Assembly: GCA_002633005.1 (NCBI GenBank)
Contig: NMRA01000289.1
Span: 442,166-506,165, forward strand
Length of the DNA stretch: 64,000 nt
Source: Phoronis australis
Lineage: Eukaryota; Animalia; Phoronida
Direction of reading: 5' to 3'
Below are positions 48,001 to 62,016 of this stretch, piece after piece. Under the pieces are notes generated by a model that saw only the letters and a list, made by a program, of their open reading frames with translations, was not told the origin of the DNA and searched no databases. Position 1 is the stretch's first letter; every line of letters begins with the position of its first letter. Both the position numbers and the translations under genes were made by a program.

Positions 48001-51000
48001 ATATCAACAATTTGAGGACTTCGTCCCCACTTATGTTCACAAGGGCCAGCATTTCAGATATACTATTATACAACGTCACAAGTATAAGATGAGCTTGCAA
48101 TCGATAAAGTGATGGACAATATAACATTAGTGAATAAACGCAATCTTCAAATGGGCTGATATTTGAGTTTGTGTTGGGATTGTCTCATGGAATCGGCCTG
48201 TGATTTTTTAAACATTTCCGTGGGGAATTTTTATTTGCCAATTCCGCGACAATTGAGAGCCAAAGGTTTATTTGTGAACCTTTGTAATCGTAACATTAAC
48301 AATAACAATAATAATAAAAATATTATTATTATTAATAGTTACAGCAGCAGCAGCAACAACAGTAACAACAACAACAATAACAACAACAATAATAAGGTTG
48401 GATTTATTGTTCATTTTGGTGCAGTGTGTTTGGAGAATATGAGAGTTAAGTGAAGTGAAAGTTTATTGTTCTCATGAAAAAAGTAAAACTTGAGACAGAA
48501 CATTTGAAAATGTTTAGCTAACTGCAAAGTTATTTGTTTACAACTGGATTGGCCATGCTCAATATATTGTGACAGTGTAATGTTCCTAAAAATATTTTGT
48601 TTGTATTATTCTCGGACGGTTATTTCTGTTAATGCCCAGGTAACAATGTCAGTGGGGTCGCTAGAGCCTGATATGTACATGAAGGTACAGTACTGGGACA
48701 AAAGTAATCGAGAAAAAACACCGTATACTCACCATTACTGCTAATTATATTTACAGCAAAAATGACATGCAATAACTGTTATATTGACAAAATTCTAATT
48801 ACAAAATGGGTTAGCCACCTTTCTAATTCCCATATTAATTCTCCTTTTCCGGCGATGATTTTAGCTTCCATCCAGCTGTCATGACTGGGAATCACGAGTC
48901 ATTTTGTCTGAATACTTTTGGCACGTATTGTATATAGGATTAAAATCTCTCAGTACACATATCTTGGAGTTGTAAGATATTCCAACTGTTTGTTCCAGGT
49001 TAAAGACTTCGATGTTTAGATCGAGACAATTTTTTACCATTTCAATGTATTGTTATTTATTTTTAGTCGGGGAAGGTGCTCTTCGTGTATATGTTGTTGA
49101 TGACAACATAAATTTTGTTTTACTACAATTAAGGGTCAATTTGTTGAATATCAGCCATTCATGAAGTTTGTTAAACTTGTTATTGATTTCATTAATAATT
49201 TGTGCTTTGTAGCATCTCTACATATTTTTAAAATAGCGAATTCAAGCAGGTGTCGTCGGCACACATCAATAAGTCAAAGTTTGTTCATAAACAAAATGTC
49301 ATTGAAAGCAAGAGAGAACCTGGAACAAAGCCTTGTTAAATTCCAATGGTTAAACACTGTTGAGTAGATGCAGAATTGTTGGAATCATACATACTAGTTT
49401 TTGGATATTAGATAACTTTGAAACCATGTCTACATTGTGCTATGTACTCCATAATCTTAATTAGGACAGTAATATGTTTCAATTCATGGTGTTAAACGCT
49501 TTGTTTTACTTTTGTCAAGGTACACGTATCTATGAAAACTATCGATTAATTCCAACGCGGCTGTTTCCTTGGAGTAGTGTTTTCGAAATTCATATAGATG
49601 ATTGTATATTGATTGTTTTTTGATGAATTATATGTAAAGCTGTCAATAGACAACTTTTTCAAAAACCTTTATAAAATCACAAAGTATTGAAACGGGGATG
49701 TAGCTATTCATGACAATGTTGTAAGACTCGCACATGATTTGAGTAACGCACTAGATACTACGCCAATTCAAGAACTAGTTTTGGTTTATATTTTTAGGAA
49801 TTTGAATACTTTGTGTTCAGCTATAAGTTCAAATTCGAATACATTAGCTGTTTTCCTGAATAATGGTTGAAATGAATCTTTCCTTCATAGTTTAAAAGGT
49901 TGGATGCAGACTGAGGACCCATGTTAACAAATAATCATAAAAACAGTGCAACAACAGTTTGAAGGATCGATGTTGCATGACTACCTTGTGTAAAAAGGAT
50001 TCAGTGCTCCTCACTTGCAGGTAGGACATCGACCTTTTTGGACTCTCTCCTGCTAAGCCGGTCAACATCACCTCATTACAGAAATTATCGTATTGCCATT
50101 TTTTGTTTAATCCCTTACTTATTTGCTAACCTTTTAATTACCTGCCGATGGACAGATGACCTTTCACCACACAGAGAATCTTGCTCTTCCCCTTAATGGA
50201 CAGGGATAGGTCAGTTTCAAAGCTCCACCATGACTCTTGACTTCTCAAAGCATGGTCGGTGATCAACAGTATTACTTTCTTGCTACGGCCAACTCCTGAA
50301 ATACGTGTTGGATTTACTGGGCAGTTTTGGAAAGGTGATCATCTTTGTGCATAGGCCAAAAGCGGCCGAGTCTAACATGTTATACAGATACAAGTGAAAT
50401 CGTCGTAACGATTGCGAAGAACTTGCTTGAGGAATTCTCAATAACGCTTCTCATGAATACATTGACAAGACCGAGAAGGGGGCCTTCCTATAAGAAAGGT
50501 AACTGTCCAATAAATTGAAGAACACCATGTGCGAAGTAATTTTAAAGGAGAACAGCCCACTAACTCCAAAGTTTCAGTACTCCGGGGATCTCTATTCCGA
50601 AGATTCTCTATAATGACGGTTTACTACGATAGAAATAAATTAAATTGCAGACTCAGGTGTAATTTTCAGATTTCTTTATGAAAAATAAGCGAAATGGTGT
50701 ACTTGCTGAAAACAATGACCGAGTTCTAATGCACTTTGTTAGCGTTTAAGCAAGCGCATGCGAAATTGGGCTTAAAATTATGTCTTATGGATACGGAAGA
50801 ATGAGTACGTACTTCGTTGCGCTGTTAAAAAGAATATAAAGTAGGAATATTAATCAATTACCGACCACCATAGATTGACCAAATTCATATCCTGATCGTG
50901 TCCTGTCACTGAGATACAGAACTGTTGATCAGCTGCTCATCAACCTGACCCATCGCACCTGGTAACCATGCACACGACCAAATCGATTGAAACTATATGT

Positions 51001-54000
51001 AGGCCTAGAGGGCTACCCCGACCCTGCTGATTTTCGTTAAGTGGACCCAAATACAGTATTACGTCAATCCAGCCTCAGAAGCAGACATGCTAAATTAGTG
51101 AATGCTCGGAGTATTGAACCCTCGGAGTAGTGAAACTTTGGACTAGAAATATAGCAATATTTAAGTAGTGTAATACATGGTTTTAAGTAGAAACATCGCA
51201 ATGGACAAATCATCTCAAAAACTTCATATGTATCACGTATTTTCGGCTTACATCCAATGCAAATGAACACATTTGGCATGGAGGAAACTTGTTTATGAAA
51301 ACATTTTAGGAGAATTTGTACACCCGAATGTCACGGAGTTAACGAACAGTAGAGTATTTCAATGTGCTAACCAAGACAACGCAATTCAATAATAGGACCT
51401 AAAGGCCCTAAAGGGATTTTTGAGAAATGTTATAAGCAAAGACGCCATCACATCCAACAACTGATTAGTGCAAGAATTAGTCATCCCGAGTTTCGCAAGT
51501 AAGATGGCTAACATTTACACTGAACAGGTTCTTTAATATGTTATATAAGGAAGCGAATTATGACCTTTGATCAGTGTACCAAGAAGTCCCAAAGCCAGGT
51601 GTCCCTGAATCCTCTCACAATAATTGCGGAAAAATTAATCGGTGTCCCCAGAAAAGTCTAAAACTTTACCAATGAATCAAATGCCAATGACCTCAAGGTG
51701 TGAAAACGTGTTCATCTTGTTTAGTTTTCTCAAACGAAATGATGAAAGGCAAGAACTCAGAAACTTCAATTTATGTGTGAAAGAGCGTGGCACACGATAA
51801 TGCAAAACTCAGAGATGTTGATGAATTTTTAACCAGCATTACCTGGTTATAATGCGTTCCTCACAATCTCTATTATGCTTTTGTTAGACGCTACAAAAAT
51901 GTCCCATACTTGAGTAACTTCGAAACGTCATGTCTTAGAAATGGCGGATCAGATTCATATGAGCTTTCCCATACTGTTTTATGTTCTGTTCTCCAAACCG
52001 TTATTAGAAATAGCTTTTCACTTTAGCAAGATGCACATTTAAGATAAGGACATTTACGCCTTTTATGAAAAAATATAAATTGCATGAAACAAAGCAAACG
52101 ATAATTTAGAAAACTACCTGTATAACAGCATTTTTGAGATTTCACCTTTGACATCAATGTCAAATGAAATTTGGCATTGTTATTGTGGTTGTTTGTTTGC
52201 TATCAATATTTCCTTTTTTGCTGTAAATTTCACTGAAAAGACATGGTCACATTACCCAATCTATGGCACGTCGGTATAAAGACAAAAATGAAAATCTGCC
52301 ATCTTCATACGTTCATAAAATATATGTACTTTAGAAGAATTTTAATTGATAGTTTTGTAGACATGTGGTTGAATGCACAGACAATGATGCTCTTTCAACT
52401 GCACGTGCACAAACATCCGTTTGAACTGACCGTCAAAAATGCTGTCGTGGTGATCACCAGGCAACGGTGCATTTCTGTCGTGTATGTAGATCTTAAGGCC
52501 ATGATCTCGCTCAAGAACCGCTGTCATTTCCAATGCTTTGTCGTGGTCTCTGCTTTCATAAGCTAGATAGGCATCGTATCTGTGACCGTCGTTGGGCTCA
52601 GGAGGTTGTCGAAATAACTTGTAGATGATGTAACGGATGTGCCATCTTCTGTACCACCCTGTATTGGATTTTGCATAGACTAGTGACTGACCTATTCACG
52701 AATGAACTATACATAAATTATTGTATTTCTGTGTTCAACCAAAAGTCCCGCAGGGTCTGTAAACTTGACTGTCTACACGGATTTTAGAAGCTCGCTGGTT
52801 CGAGCTCCGATCGTGACAGCAATGTTTTCAGTCGTGTAAGTACTAGGTCAAGTGATCACATGTGACTCTTAAAAGTGCTTACTCTACACATAGGGAGCAA
52901 GTGATAATTAATTAATGGTGTAATAAAGACAATGACTCTATAAGAAATGGTCTAATTTAAGCCTCTTACCCATGGTTGGATTTTGTTCCTAGTCCAGAGG
53001 TTTAGAGCCAGTTTAAGGTTCGAGAGGAAATGAGAGTTCGTTATCGCTTCAGACTAGACTTATATCAGTTACTTCTCACGGGTAGTTATTTTCAGCAGCT
53101 AAAGCGGTGTGATTGTCAGTGGAACTCCAGACGTTATGTTGTGTCCAGTTTCATTTCAATCAAAGGACATTAAAATGCACTGAAGTTGATTGAATAAGGT
53201 TGTGAAGAAAGTTGTAACACCAGATCCTGGTTTATGGTGGTTTTAACCCAAATTATTGAGAATAATTGTATTATTTACAGCGAGGATCGCAATGGGTGGT
53301 AGCGATGGTCAAAATAATTTTATCCCAAAAATTGTTCAGTTGCGACAACTTACCTATGACTACGGACAACACCAGAACAGTGCCAGCTACCAACGAACTT
53401 GTTAGAACAGTAATAACATTAGAAAAGCATTCGTCACGAAAATCCTCGTAGTCACTGTTAAGAAATTCCTCCAAATTTCGTGTTTTGCCTTTATAGGTAC
53501 ACGTGTATGAGCTCTTCTTGGGAAATGTAACACTGGCAGTTCTCAACCATTCGAGGAAGTTCAGAGTGGCGCAGGAACACAGCATGATGTTTCCAGATAG
53601 GTCTACAATCAGTTTGTGTTGCTCCGCGATAGAATCTAGGGCAGATGTCTCGCTTGACGATAGAAATAAAATCGCATTCTTAGACAAATTTAGAAACTCT
53701 AACATTGGAAATTTTTCCACTTGTAATCCTATTTTGTCAAGTTTGTTGTTTGCCAAATGTATTTTTGCTAAATTTTCATTGCCTGTTAAACATTCTGCGG
53801 TGAGGTTGTGCAAATAATTTCTTGTCAGGTCTATCTCAGTGAGAGTTGTTACGTTTTCAAAAACCCTGGCGAACTGATGGGGTTTCATTTCTAAACCGAG
53901 TAAATTGTCCTGAAGTTCTATTACTTCTATCGATGGTAAATAAGCTAGAAATCCAGGCTTAACGTACTTCAGATTATTGTTACGAAGGATCAAATGACTG

Positions 54001-57000
54001 AGTAACGTTAATCCCCTAACCGTAGTTTCAAGTAATTCGAGCCTGTTCTCTGACAAGTCGATGAGCTTTACGTTATTGGGTGCAAATTCTATGTCTATAT
54101 TCCAGAAATATAAAAGCAAGGTGTGGACGATGTATATTTTCTCCAAGTTCTGGGGAACCGGTATCTTTTTGAAGGAGGAGTAATATGCTGCAGCCATATC
54201 CAAGCTTACAGATTGCTCACTTTCTTCTTGATCCTGAGTGTATTCTGAAAGGAGGATTTGTTTCTGCAATTAATATTGGAAACAACTTATCTTACATATG
54301 TTGAAGCGAATCATAGGCGGGATCTATTTGTACCGCAATAATGGAAAATCTTTTCTTCGTGTCCTTTGATATTGTGGTCGATATTGCAATTTCCAGCGAG
54401 TTGTTAAAACTTAGTCCTCAATTCCATAAGGCTAGCTTCTTGCGAATATGGCGAGACCGTTCAAGTACATGTAGAGTTTAGTTTCATTTTATTGTCATAC
54501 ACCACAAGCAAAGCACGTGATCTTAGTACTTAGCGACAACAGCCAAGGAACAAACAACTGGGTTGAGTTCTGTAGACGCGGGAAGGTATCAGCTTGCACT
54601 TGCGGCGAAAAATCGTCACTTATGGAGCGGAAACAATGAACTCAATCCCATAATTCATGAAATTAATACAAAGCACACGAATCCAAGATTTCGAGTTGAG
54701 TAAGCACAATAGGTGTCAGTACTGGAGTGATAGAGAACTAGACAGAGAAAACAAGTCGAGTTTTACGTTGCGCTCCATATGAACCAAACAATAAAAAGCG
54801 TAGTTCTTTTAAAAGTAGCGAGTAAATGGTGAAAACAGCACTTGATAATAAATTTGTGTCATCAGTGCATGAGTATTTGTGTATTGTTCGCGTACAGACA
54901 CTTTTAGATGAAATTAGCTTTTGATCCCTCGTATTTTGGCTTCGATGACCAGCCGATGTCGGAGTTACAAGTAACAGCAACAATTGACGATTCTAATGAT
55001 GTTAAAACGCTTCTATTGAAATACTATAAAACTTTTATTTTCTTTATAGCACGGGTTTACTAACAGTACCAACACTGATCCTGAAAACGTGGTCGACCTT
55101 GCAAATTATAGGCAACATCGGCATCAAACAAGGCGTTCCAAATTTGAGCATGGGGTGGTTCTAATTGTTGGGAGTGGTTTAATTTCAACTTATTGACAAA
55201 ACAGTCAATATCTTTAAAACATTGGTTTGTTCCAGATGATGTCAAGTGCTTTCTAAAAACCTACCTGTAAATGCTGAGTCGATCGGATAGATGGAGTAAC
55301 GCTCACATCCATAGTTGCTAGTGTACTGCCAGCTAACGTGAATCTCCCTCAAATGGACCAAACCAGACAAACTGATGCAAACAGAAAACACCTCTTTGTA
55401 AATACCTGTGAATCAAACAGAAATTGTACTGCTCACTGCGGCGCCAAAATNNNNNNNNNNNNNNNNNNNNNNNNNNNNNNNNNNNNNNNNNNNNNNNNNN
55501 NNNNNNNNNNNNNNNNNNNNNNNNNNNNNNNNNNNNNNNNNNNNNNNNNNNNNNNNNNNNNNNNNNNNNNNNNNNNNNNNNNNNNNNNNNNNNNNNNNNN
55601 NNNNNNNNNNNNNNNNNNNNNNNNNNNNNNNNNNNNNNNNNNNNNNNNNNNNNNNNNNNNNNNNNNNNNNNNNNNNNNNNNNNNNNNNNNNNNNNNNNNN
55701 NNNNNNNNNNNNNNNNNNNNNNNNNNNNNNNNNNNNNNNNNNNNNNNNNNNNNNNNNNNNNNNNNNNNNNNNNNNNNNNNNNNNNNNNNNNNNNNNNNNN
55801 NNNNNNNNNNNNNNNNNNNNNNNNNNNNNNNNNNNNNNNNNNNNNNNNNNNNNNNNNNNNNNNNNNNNNNNNNNNNNNNNNNNNNNNNNNNNNNNNNNNN
55901 NNNNNNNNNNNNNNNNNNNNNNNNNNNNNNNNNNNNNNNNNNNNNNNNNNNNNNNNNNNNNNNNNNNNNNNNNNNNNNNNNNNNNNNNNNNNNNNNNNNN
56001 NNNNNNNNNNNNNNNNNNNNNNNNNNNNNNNNNNNNNNNNNNNNNNNNNNNNNNNNNNNNNNNNNNNNNNNNNNNNNNNNNNNNNNNNNNNNNNNNNNNN
56101 NNNNNNNNNNNNNNNNNNNNNNNNNNNNNNNNNNNNNNNNNNNNNNNNNNNNNNNNNNNNNNNNNNNNNNNNNNNNNNNNNNNNNNNNNNNNNNNNNNNN
56201 NNNNNNNNNNNNNNNNNNNNNNNNNNNNNNNNNNNNNNNNNNNNNNNNNNNNNNNNNNNNNNNNNNNNNNNNNNNNNNNNNNNNNNNNNNNNNNNNNNNN
56301 NNNNNNNNNNNNNNNNNNNNNNNNNNNNNNNNNNNNNNNNNNNNNNNNNNNNNNNNNNNNNNNNNNNNNNNNNNNNNNNNNNNNNNNNNNNNNNNNNNNN
56401 NNNNNNNNNNNNNNNCCTGCAAGTAATTGAAGGGGAGGGGGGGGGGTGGTTGGGGGCGGGGGGGTGCCGTACTACCTCCGTTTTGGGTCCGTGGGTCTAC
56501 ATGTACTGTAAGAGTCACAGTCATTGCCAGGTGCTTGCACATGCTGTGGATTGGGATTGCGGCACTTTTGTTTACTTGTGACTGGACATGCGACCTGTGG
56601 CAAACGGATCCCTGATAACAACAGAAAATCAAGCTGTTGCTTTTGTTCTACAATCGAACTTTTATATTTATTTAAAATATATGAAAATAAAACCCCAGGC
56701 AACGCAATATGAAAACCATTTCTTTGGTCCATGTTCTTTGACGAATCCTTTAAATTGTTTTAATTTTTCAGTAGTATGAATTAGCATTCCGCATCACACA
56801 TGTAATAAAACCACCATGTTGATTTATTTCAGTGTGAAGTCGATGATAATTTCTAGTTGACCTAATTACCGGTGCATGAACCATTAATAAATCGCTAAGT
56901 GATGTTTCAAGAAACCTTGCTGGCACATATTAAAAGTGGTACACTGCATACTGCACAATAAAGTGCCAGGTTCTTACCTATGTAATTTGAATCCGCGTTA

Positions 57001-57968
57001 ATGTATTCCAAGTGAGGTAAATAGAAGAACAACGTTCCCGCATATGGCACAATCTTATTATATCGAATACTGAGATGTTTTATATATGTTCCCTTCAGAG
57101 AAGCGAAGTGTTCTTTCATGGCTGGCAACGTATACTTTATACTATCTCGCATGTTGACGCTGTCAAGGATTAGGGAACGAATTGAAGTTTCGTTGATTCC
57201 TTCCAGGCCTTTCATTGCTCCTTCAAACTTCAAATCTTCGTTGCAGGAAAGGTCCAAGAAAGTTAAGTTTTTTAGTTTGGAGAATGTGTTTGGCTTAATA
57301 TTCCGTAATCCAGTTTCACGAAGAGACAATCTTTCCAGGATCAAAGAATTATTGGTCGTGAAATCGTTCACGGACAGTGTCTGCAGAAAGGTACTCTCCA
57401 CATCGAGAGTTCGCAAATTCCTTAAGTTGGACATGACAACTCTGATGTTCGAAACACGTCCAGCAAAGAAGTAAAGGGAAGGTGAACTCGATCCAATCTG
57501 CTTAATGCAATTCTCATCTGTGTCGATGTATTTTAGTGACAGCACTTCAAGTTTTTTCAGCGACGAAAACACTGAACAATTTCTCAAGACCAACGGATTT
57601 TCCGAGAGATTCAGTTTCTTCAAATGAGGCGTATCCACAAAAACGTCATCACTCAGAAAATTTAAAGAATTCTTAGATAGATTTATCTCCCATAATGATA
57701 AATACCCTCCGATATCACTTCTAGAGATGCTTGTAATATTATTGCTTGTTAAATCCATTCTCTTGACAGTTTTCGGAAAATTTGGGAAGGCACCCAAGCC
57801 AAGACCAATACACGACACCATTGTTATAACACCATTAGATGTTTGGCACGTGCAGCCGCTGGGCGCATCACATATCACTGGCTCTATTACAACATGGCCA
57901 CCAAGAGCTGTTTGGATGAGAGCCACTGACACCCACAGCAACGAAATAAGGTAATCCAAACGAAGCAT
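44945..57968 (-). CDS. Toll-like receptor B (paralog of TLR-A), 7 coding exons, 878 aa
   Basis: complement(join(57968-56978,55405-55265,54244-53354,52658-52431,50295-50142,47114-46969,45030-44945)) = 2637 nt; same domain order and intron phases as TLR-A. The N gap 55451-56415 falls in an intron. Confidence 0.93.
45442..46961 (+). mobile_element. 5'-truncated RTEX-like LINE with 13-bp TSD and (TAT)n tail, in the last TLR-B intron
   Basis: RT motifs SPLLFIMYLNE, LLLYADDMVL, YKYLG, CYGAEIW; C-terminal RLRCSNHRLQVEVGR...EDEYHFLLVC; AATAAA then TAT repeats; TSD TACTCACCCCCTG at 45429-45441 and 46962-46974; several frameshifts. Confidence 0.93.
46969..47114 (-). CDS. TLR-B coding exon 6 (TIR box 3)
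   Basis: LNRKLRYLMADDTYLLWP...FWR; 146 nt; donor GTGAGT. Confidence 0.92.
48290..48395. repeat. (AAC/AAT/AGC)n low-complexity microsatellite
   Basis: Direct reading. Confidence 0.85.
48780..49800 (-). mobile_element. Degraded CR1/L2-like LINE reverse transcriptase fragment
   Basis: On -: YIPVSIL, VFEKVVY*QL, YEFRKHYSKETAALELID, MCADDT; heavily disrupted. Confidence 0.7.
50142..50295 (-). CDS. TLR-B coding exon 5 (TIR core)
   Basis: GVGRSKKVILLITDHALRSQESWWSFETDLSL...; 154 nt. Confidence 0.92.
52431..52658 (-). CDS. TLR-B coding exon 4 (TIR box 1/2)
   Basis: YDAYLAYESRD...IYIHDRNAPLPGDHHDSIFD; 228 nt. Confidence 0.93.
53354..54244 (-). CDS. TLR-B coding exon 3 (LRRs, LRRCT, TM)
   Basis: ORF 53271..54269; ctttcag acceptor; GTAAGT donor. 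Confidence 0.94.
55265..55405 (-). CDS. TLR-B coding exon 2 (IYKEVF...LREIHVSWQ...GCERYSIYPIDSAFT)
   Basis: 141 nt, phase 1-1. Confidence 0.88.
55451..56415. other. Assembly gap (inside a TLR-B intron)
   Basis: N run. Confidence 1.
56978..57968 (-). CDS. TLR-B coding exon 1 (signal peptide, LRRNT, LRRs)
   Basis: ORF 56907..57968; donor ATAG|GTAAGA. Confidence 0.93.
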
Positions 57969-59149
57969 CGTTGAACCTGCAAAACGTGAAGAGAGCGTAC
58001 TTTATAGGTAAGGGGTCTACCGTTCGAAAGGGAACAAATCGCTTATTTTTACACATTTGAAACTACCATGTTTTTGTGTTATTTCTGATACGCCTATGAT
58101 AGCACCTTGCTTCTATGGGTATTTTAATATTATAAAAATGGCCAAAATGTGTCATTTAGATTTAAAAGTCATATCTTTCGACGACTTTGTTACATTTGTA
58201 TTGAACATTTGTTGCTTTTGCCAGAAAGATTGATGAATTAACTTTTTCATATTTAACAAATTGTTATTCACGTATCACCTATTCTCTACGACGCTAAACA
58301 TGCATTGTTCAAACGCACCAGGCACAGACACAGGCTCAATGAGCAGAAAACCGAGTGGGCTTTTCTAACAAAGAGTGGTCAATTTTTTGTCGAAAAAGTT
58401 TAAGTATACGATTGACTGCTATACAAAAATGACGGCTCGTATTTTTATTTATGTTGCCTCTAATTAAAACTGCACAACACGATTCTTTCTTTGGTTCAGT
58501 ATTGGGGTCACTTTTTGTTCCATGACGACCATCCACCCTGGCCGCCCCAGAACACGTTACTTGGTGTTAAAGAAAGTTTTTGTCCCTCAAGCTGAACATT
58601 TTGTCCATTCTAAATAATAATACAAGGCGATGACCTTTATTTATTACAAAGACGTTGCCTGCAATAGAGCAAATAAGCACATAAAATTTCAGCTGCCGAA
58701 TTGGGAAATCTATGGCCTCGAAACCTTAGTTGAGAGTTTTTCAAGTAGGCTTACGTTCAAGTTTCTAAAAATGCAGTAATTTTAAAATACAAAAACTCTT
58801 TAGTTCGCAAATTGGATGTATCCATAAGGTTTTTTACATCGTTGTATGATGATTTACATGTCTTGATGCAAAGCAAAAAGTCCAGGCGATAAGTTTTCTT
58901 GATTTGTTCCAAGAGAGACCCACTGAGTCATAGCGCGTGACCGGCTAAGTTACGCCCGCCACCTGTTATGAGGTAAAAAAACTGAAGGTGCTGTAGTCGA
59001 ATACATGGAATCAGTCGAGCAAAATACATAGCGTAGCTTTTTGATAGTTTGCTATTTAAACTGCTACGTAACATGATTTGTCAAAGTTTATACGGCTGTC
59101 TCGGAGCTGCCTGCTAGTACATATTGTCTGTAAGTATGTGAGTAATTAC

Positions 59150-59420
59150 TCATCTTTCAACCTTGCATACCTACGAAAACTTGGCGTTGCAGCGATCACA
59201 CCTGTCTTTTTGACTGGCGGTCTCAGCTCTCACTGTCTTTCCCATGGAACTGTACCAGCGGGACCTCTGTTGGATAGTAAGTGCAGTGCCCTCTTCCAGT
59301 CTTTGGACAGGTTAAATCTCACTCCACCATGCTGGTTCAGGTTGGGATTCTTTTAACTAAGATCCAAAAAGCCTCCTTTGATACTGCAATCAAACCTCTT
59401 ACTCGCCTTGTAAATAATCT
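59150..59420 (-). mobile_element. Penelope-like element 3' fragment
   Basis: On -: IKEAFWI..KNPNLNQHGGVRFNLSKDW (frameshifted), resembling the C-terminus of Penelope GIY-YIG ORFs. Confidence 0.55.
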
Positions 59421-62016
59421 TGATTTAGATGTTGATTAACTTGTAACCAATAGCGTTATGTCTCCGCTGTTGGGACATACGTTTTTAAAGTGGGTGTCAT
59501 GCGTCGCAATCTTGTTTCCACAGATGAAGTGGAGATATGTGAATGCCGTAAAAGTGTTATTTATTATGACTAGACTGGTGGTACAAAAGAACGTAGGTAA
59601 ACAGTAGTAAAATAATGTTATCTCTGAAGAGATAGGCAATAAAAAACTGCAACACGGAGAAACGAGAAAACACAATCGATAAAAGATGTAGTGGTGCGTC
59701 AGAGATCAACGAATTATGCGCTGAAACACGTGTAATAGAACAAACAAATTCTTAAACGCACTTGGCGATCATCAGCCTATGAGAGCCAAAAGTTGACCAG
59801 ACTAAGCTAGTAAAGAGGCTGGTAACAATTATAACCTCATTGTAGATAATAAATCCAAATTACCTTACAACCCGCCTGGAAAATCATATAAAAGGAATTT
59901 TCAGAAACTCTAAACATATTCAACCGAACTGATTTTCACTTGTCAAACCGGATATTTTGCATCACTTTCCCTTGCCTTCAGATCGAGTCCATACCTTTCT
60001 CGTTTTAAGACGAACAGACAGTAGGTGCTGCTACTGGAACTAAGTCTATTCTTAGGTAGTCAGCAGGTGGCGAGACCGTCTGGTTCAGGAGACTGCTCCC
60101 CTGAAACTGAAAAACGAATATCGTCACATCAAATAAATCGACATTTCATGAGTCCTCTTAAAGAGAAATGAACCCAAAACGACCATTTAATACGCTTTCA
60201 TTACAACACTTCATTTCTTTTGGTTCCTGTGGTAAATTGTCTCTGCCGATATATTGGTGAGCGGATTCCTTGTTAGAAAATAATGCCATGCCAGGTTTGT
60301 GTCGCATGAGTGGAGATAACCTGTCCAGGGCGATCTAAGCAAGGTTTATACAAGCTGGTGCTTGATCACGATGTAAATGTGTGCGAAAGGCACGTTTTAC
60401 AATTTTTACTTTTAAACCTAACGTTCTAAGATCGCGTTGCACCCAAAACTCAACTTTTCCTGCAGCTACTCTTAGAAATCACCATTTGAGGTCTAAACAA
60501 CATTACGTTTTTCAGTTACTACACCTTTTGCCCCACCCCCCCGAGAGCCCCAATCCTTCAAGTAACTGAGGCTGATTCACGGATTTGGCGAAGTTCCTTG
60601 ATTAAATATGATCTTATCTAAATAATAAACAGCAATAAATAACTCAGGCTAACTTTACGAAAACGTGGAGCTTTTGAGTTCGAGATGACTCAAGTTTTCT
60701 CGACGATGTTTCAGCAATAAAATTAACATAGCCATGTGTTTGATTTTTAAAACTCGATGCACATTTACTAAAATCATAACAATTGATGGCATCTAACAGT
60801 CTTCGATGACAGACAATTAGGCAGTCATAGCTGTTTGGATTTTTGTAAAGCTTTGGTGGTACTCCCGGATATCCACACGCTTGACTTGCCACTGCTTCAT
60901 TTTTAACTTTTGATAATTTTCTGGGACCCCCTTTTACCCTGGATATTCCTGTGCGGCAAGAACTGTGATAAGCAGACTACATTTCTACAAAAACTAGGAC
61001 GGGAGAATATGCAGTCATGGTATGGCAGATATTGTCGGTGTTGACGGCAGTTCACTGTAATTGATGTGACATTGGACAAATATTGTCACTGTCGGTGTTG
61101 ACGGCGATTGTTGAAACCTTCATTGTCGACCGGGAGACAACATGCCTCGCAAATGACAAGATATTTTGTACCGTAACATTTTAAACCAACTATTACTTAC
61201 AGATACTTTGCTAGCTGGTAAAGGCCCAATGCCCAGTTTTCATTAAGATTTTTTCAGAGCAGCTGTTGCAAATTTTGCCGAACGATTTTTGCAGGTTAAC
61301 ATCCATAAAAAAATTCCAGTTTCCTTTAAGTTCTTTTCAAATCTTTAAGCTCAAAATTCATAAAGGAATCAGTTCATCATGTACACCACCTGGGGTCGCA
61401 ACGGTCGACTGCCTGAAGCTACTTAACTTATTTATCCATCACAGAACAGTTGATTCAAAATGTTATACTATTTATGAAATATGCATAGATTTGACTTGTA
61501 ATTTTGGCTGTTAAAGTTTCAAATGTCTAATGCTTCATATATGTATCTCAATATCTATGTTGTCTGTCTAAATTTTATAAAACTTTCTATGTGTTTATTT
61601 TAACCATCCTTTGTGTATTTTTATTGACACTATTTCACTGATCATATATGACGACCAATCAAAGAAAAACACTTGTAAATGTCCCTATATGACCAACAGA
61701 AAGCAGTTTTCTGCTGGTGCAGCTCTTGTTCCTGCTCCTCTATTGTCTAGTTTTGGAAGTGAAAATACACTTGACTTCTGTCGCATATACAAGTAAGTTG
61801 ATTACTGCACCGAAACTCCAATTCCCAACTCCCAGTTTTTTATACTGAAGCAGTTTAACACGTTCATGAAATAAATGAAATAAGTCTAACTGTGTCAAGT
61901 TTTACAATTCAATCACCTAACACAAAATTCACTCAATTCGAATCATTCCTGCATAGCATTGACTCTAAATATATATATTTCGTCATCATCTTAAGTACTA
62001 GTCCACGAGAGCACCA

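Noticed and set aside
55338-56632. Long ORFs of 340-399 aa in the ORF track
   Set aside because: Artefacts of the N gap
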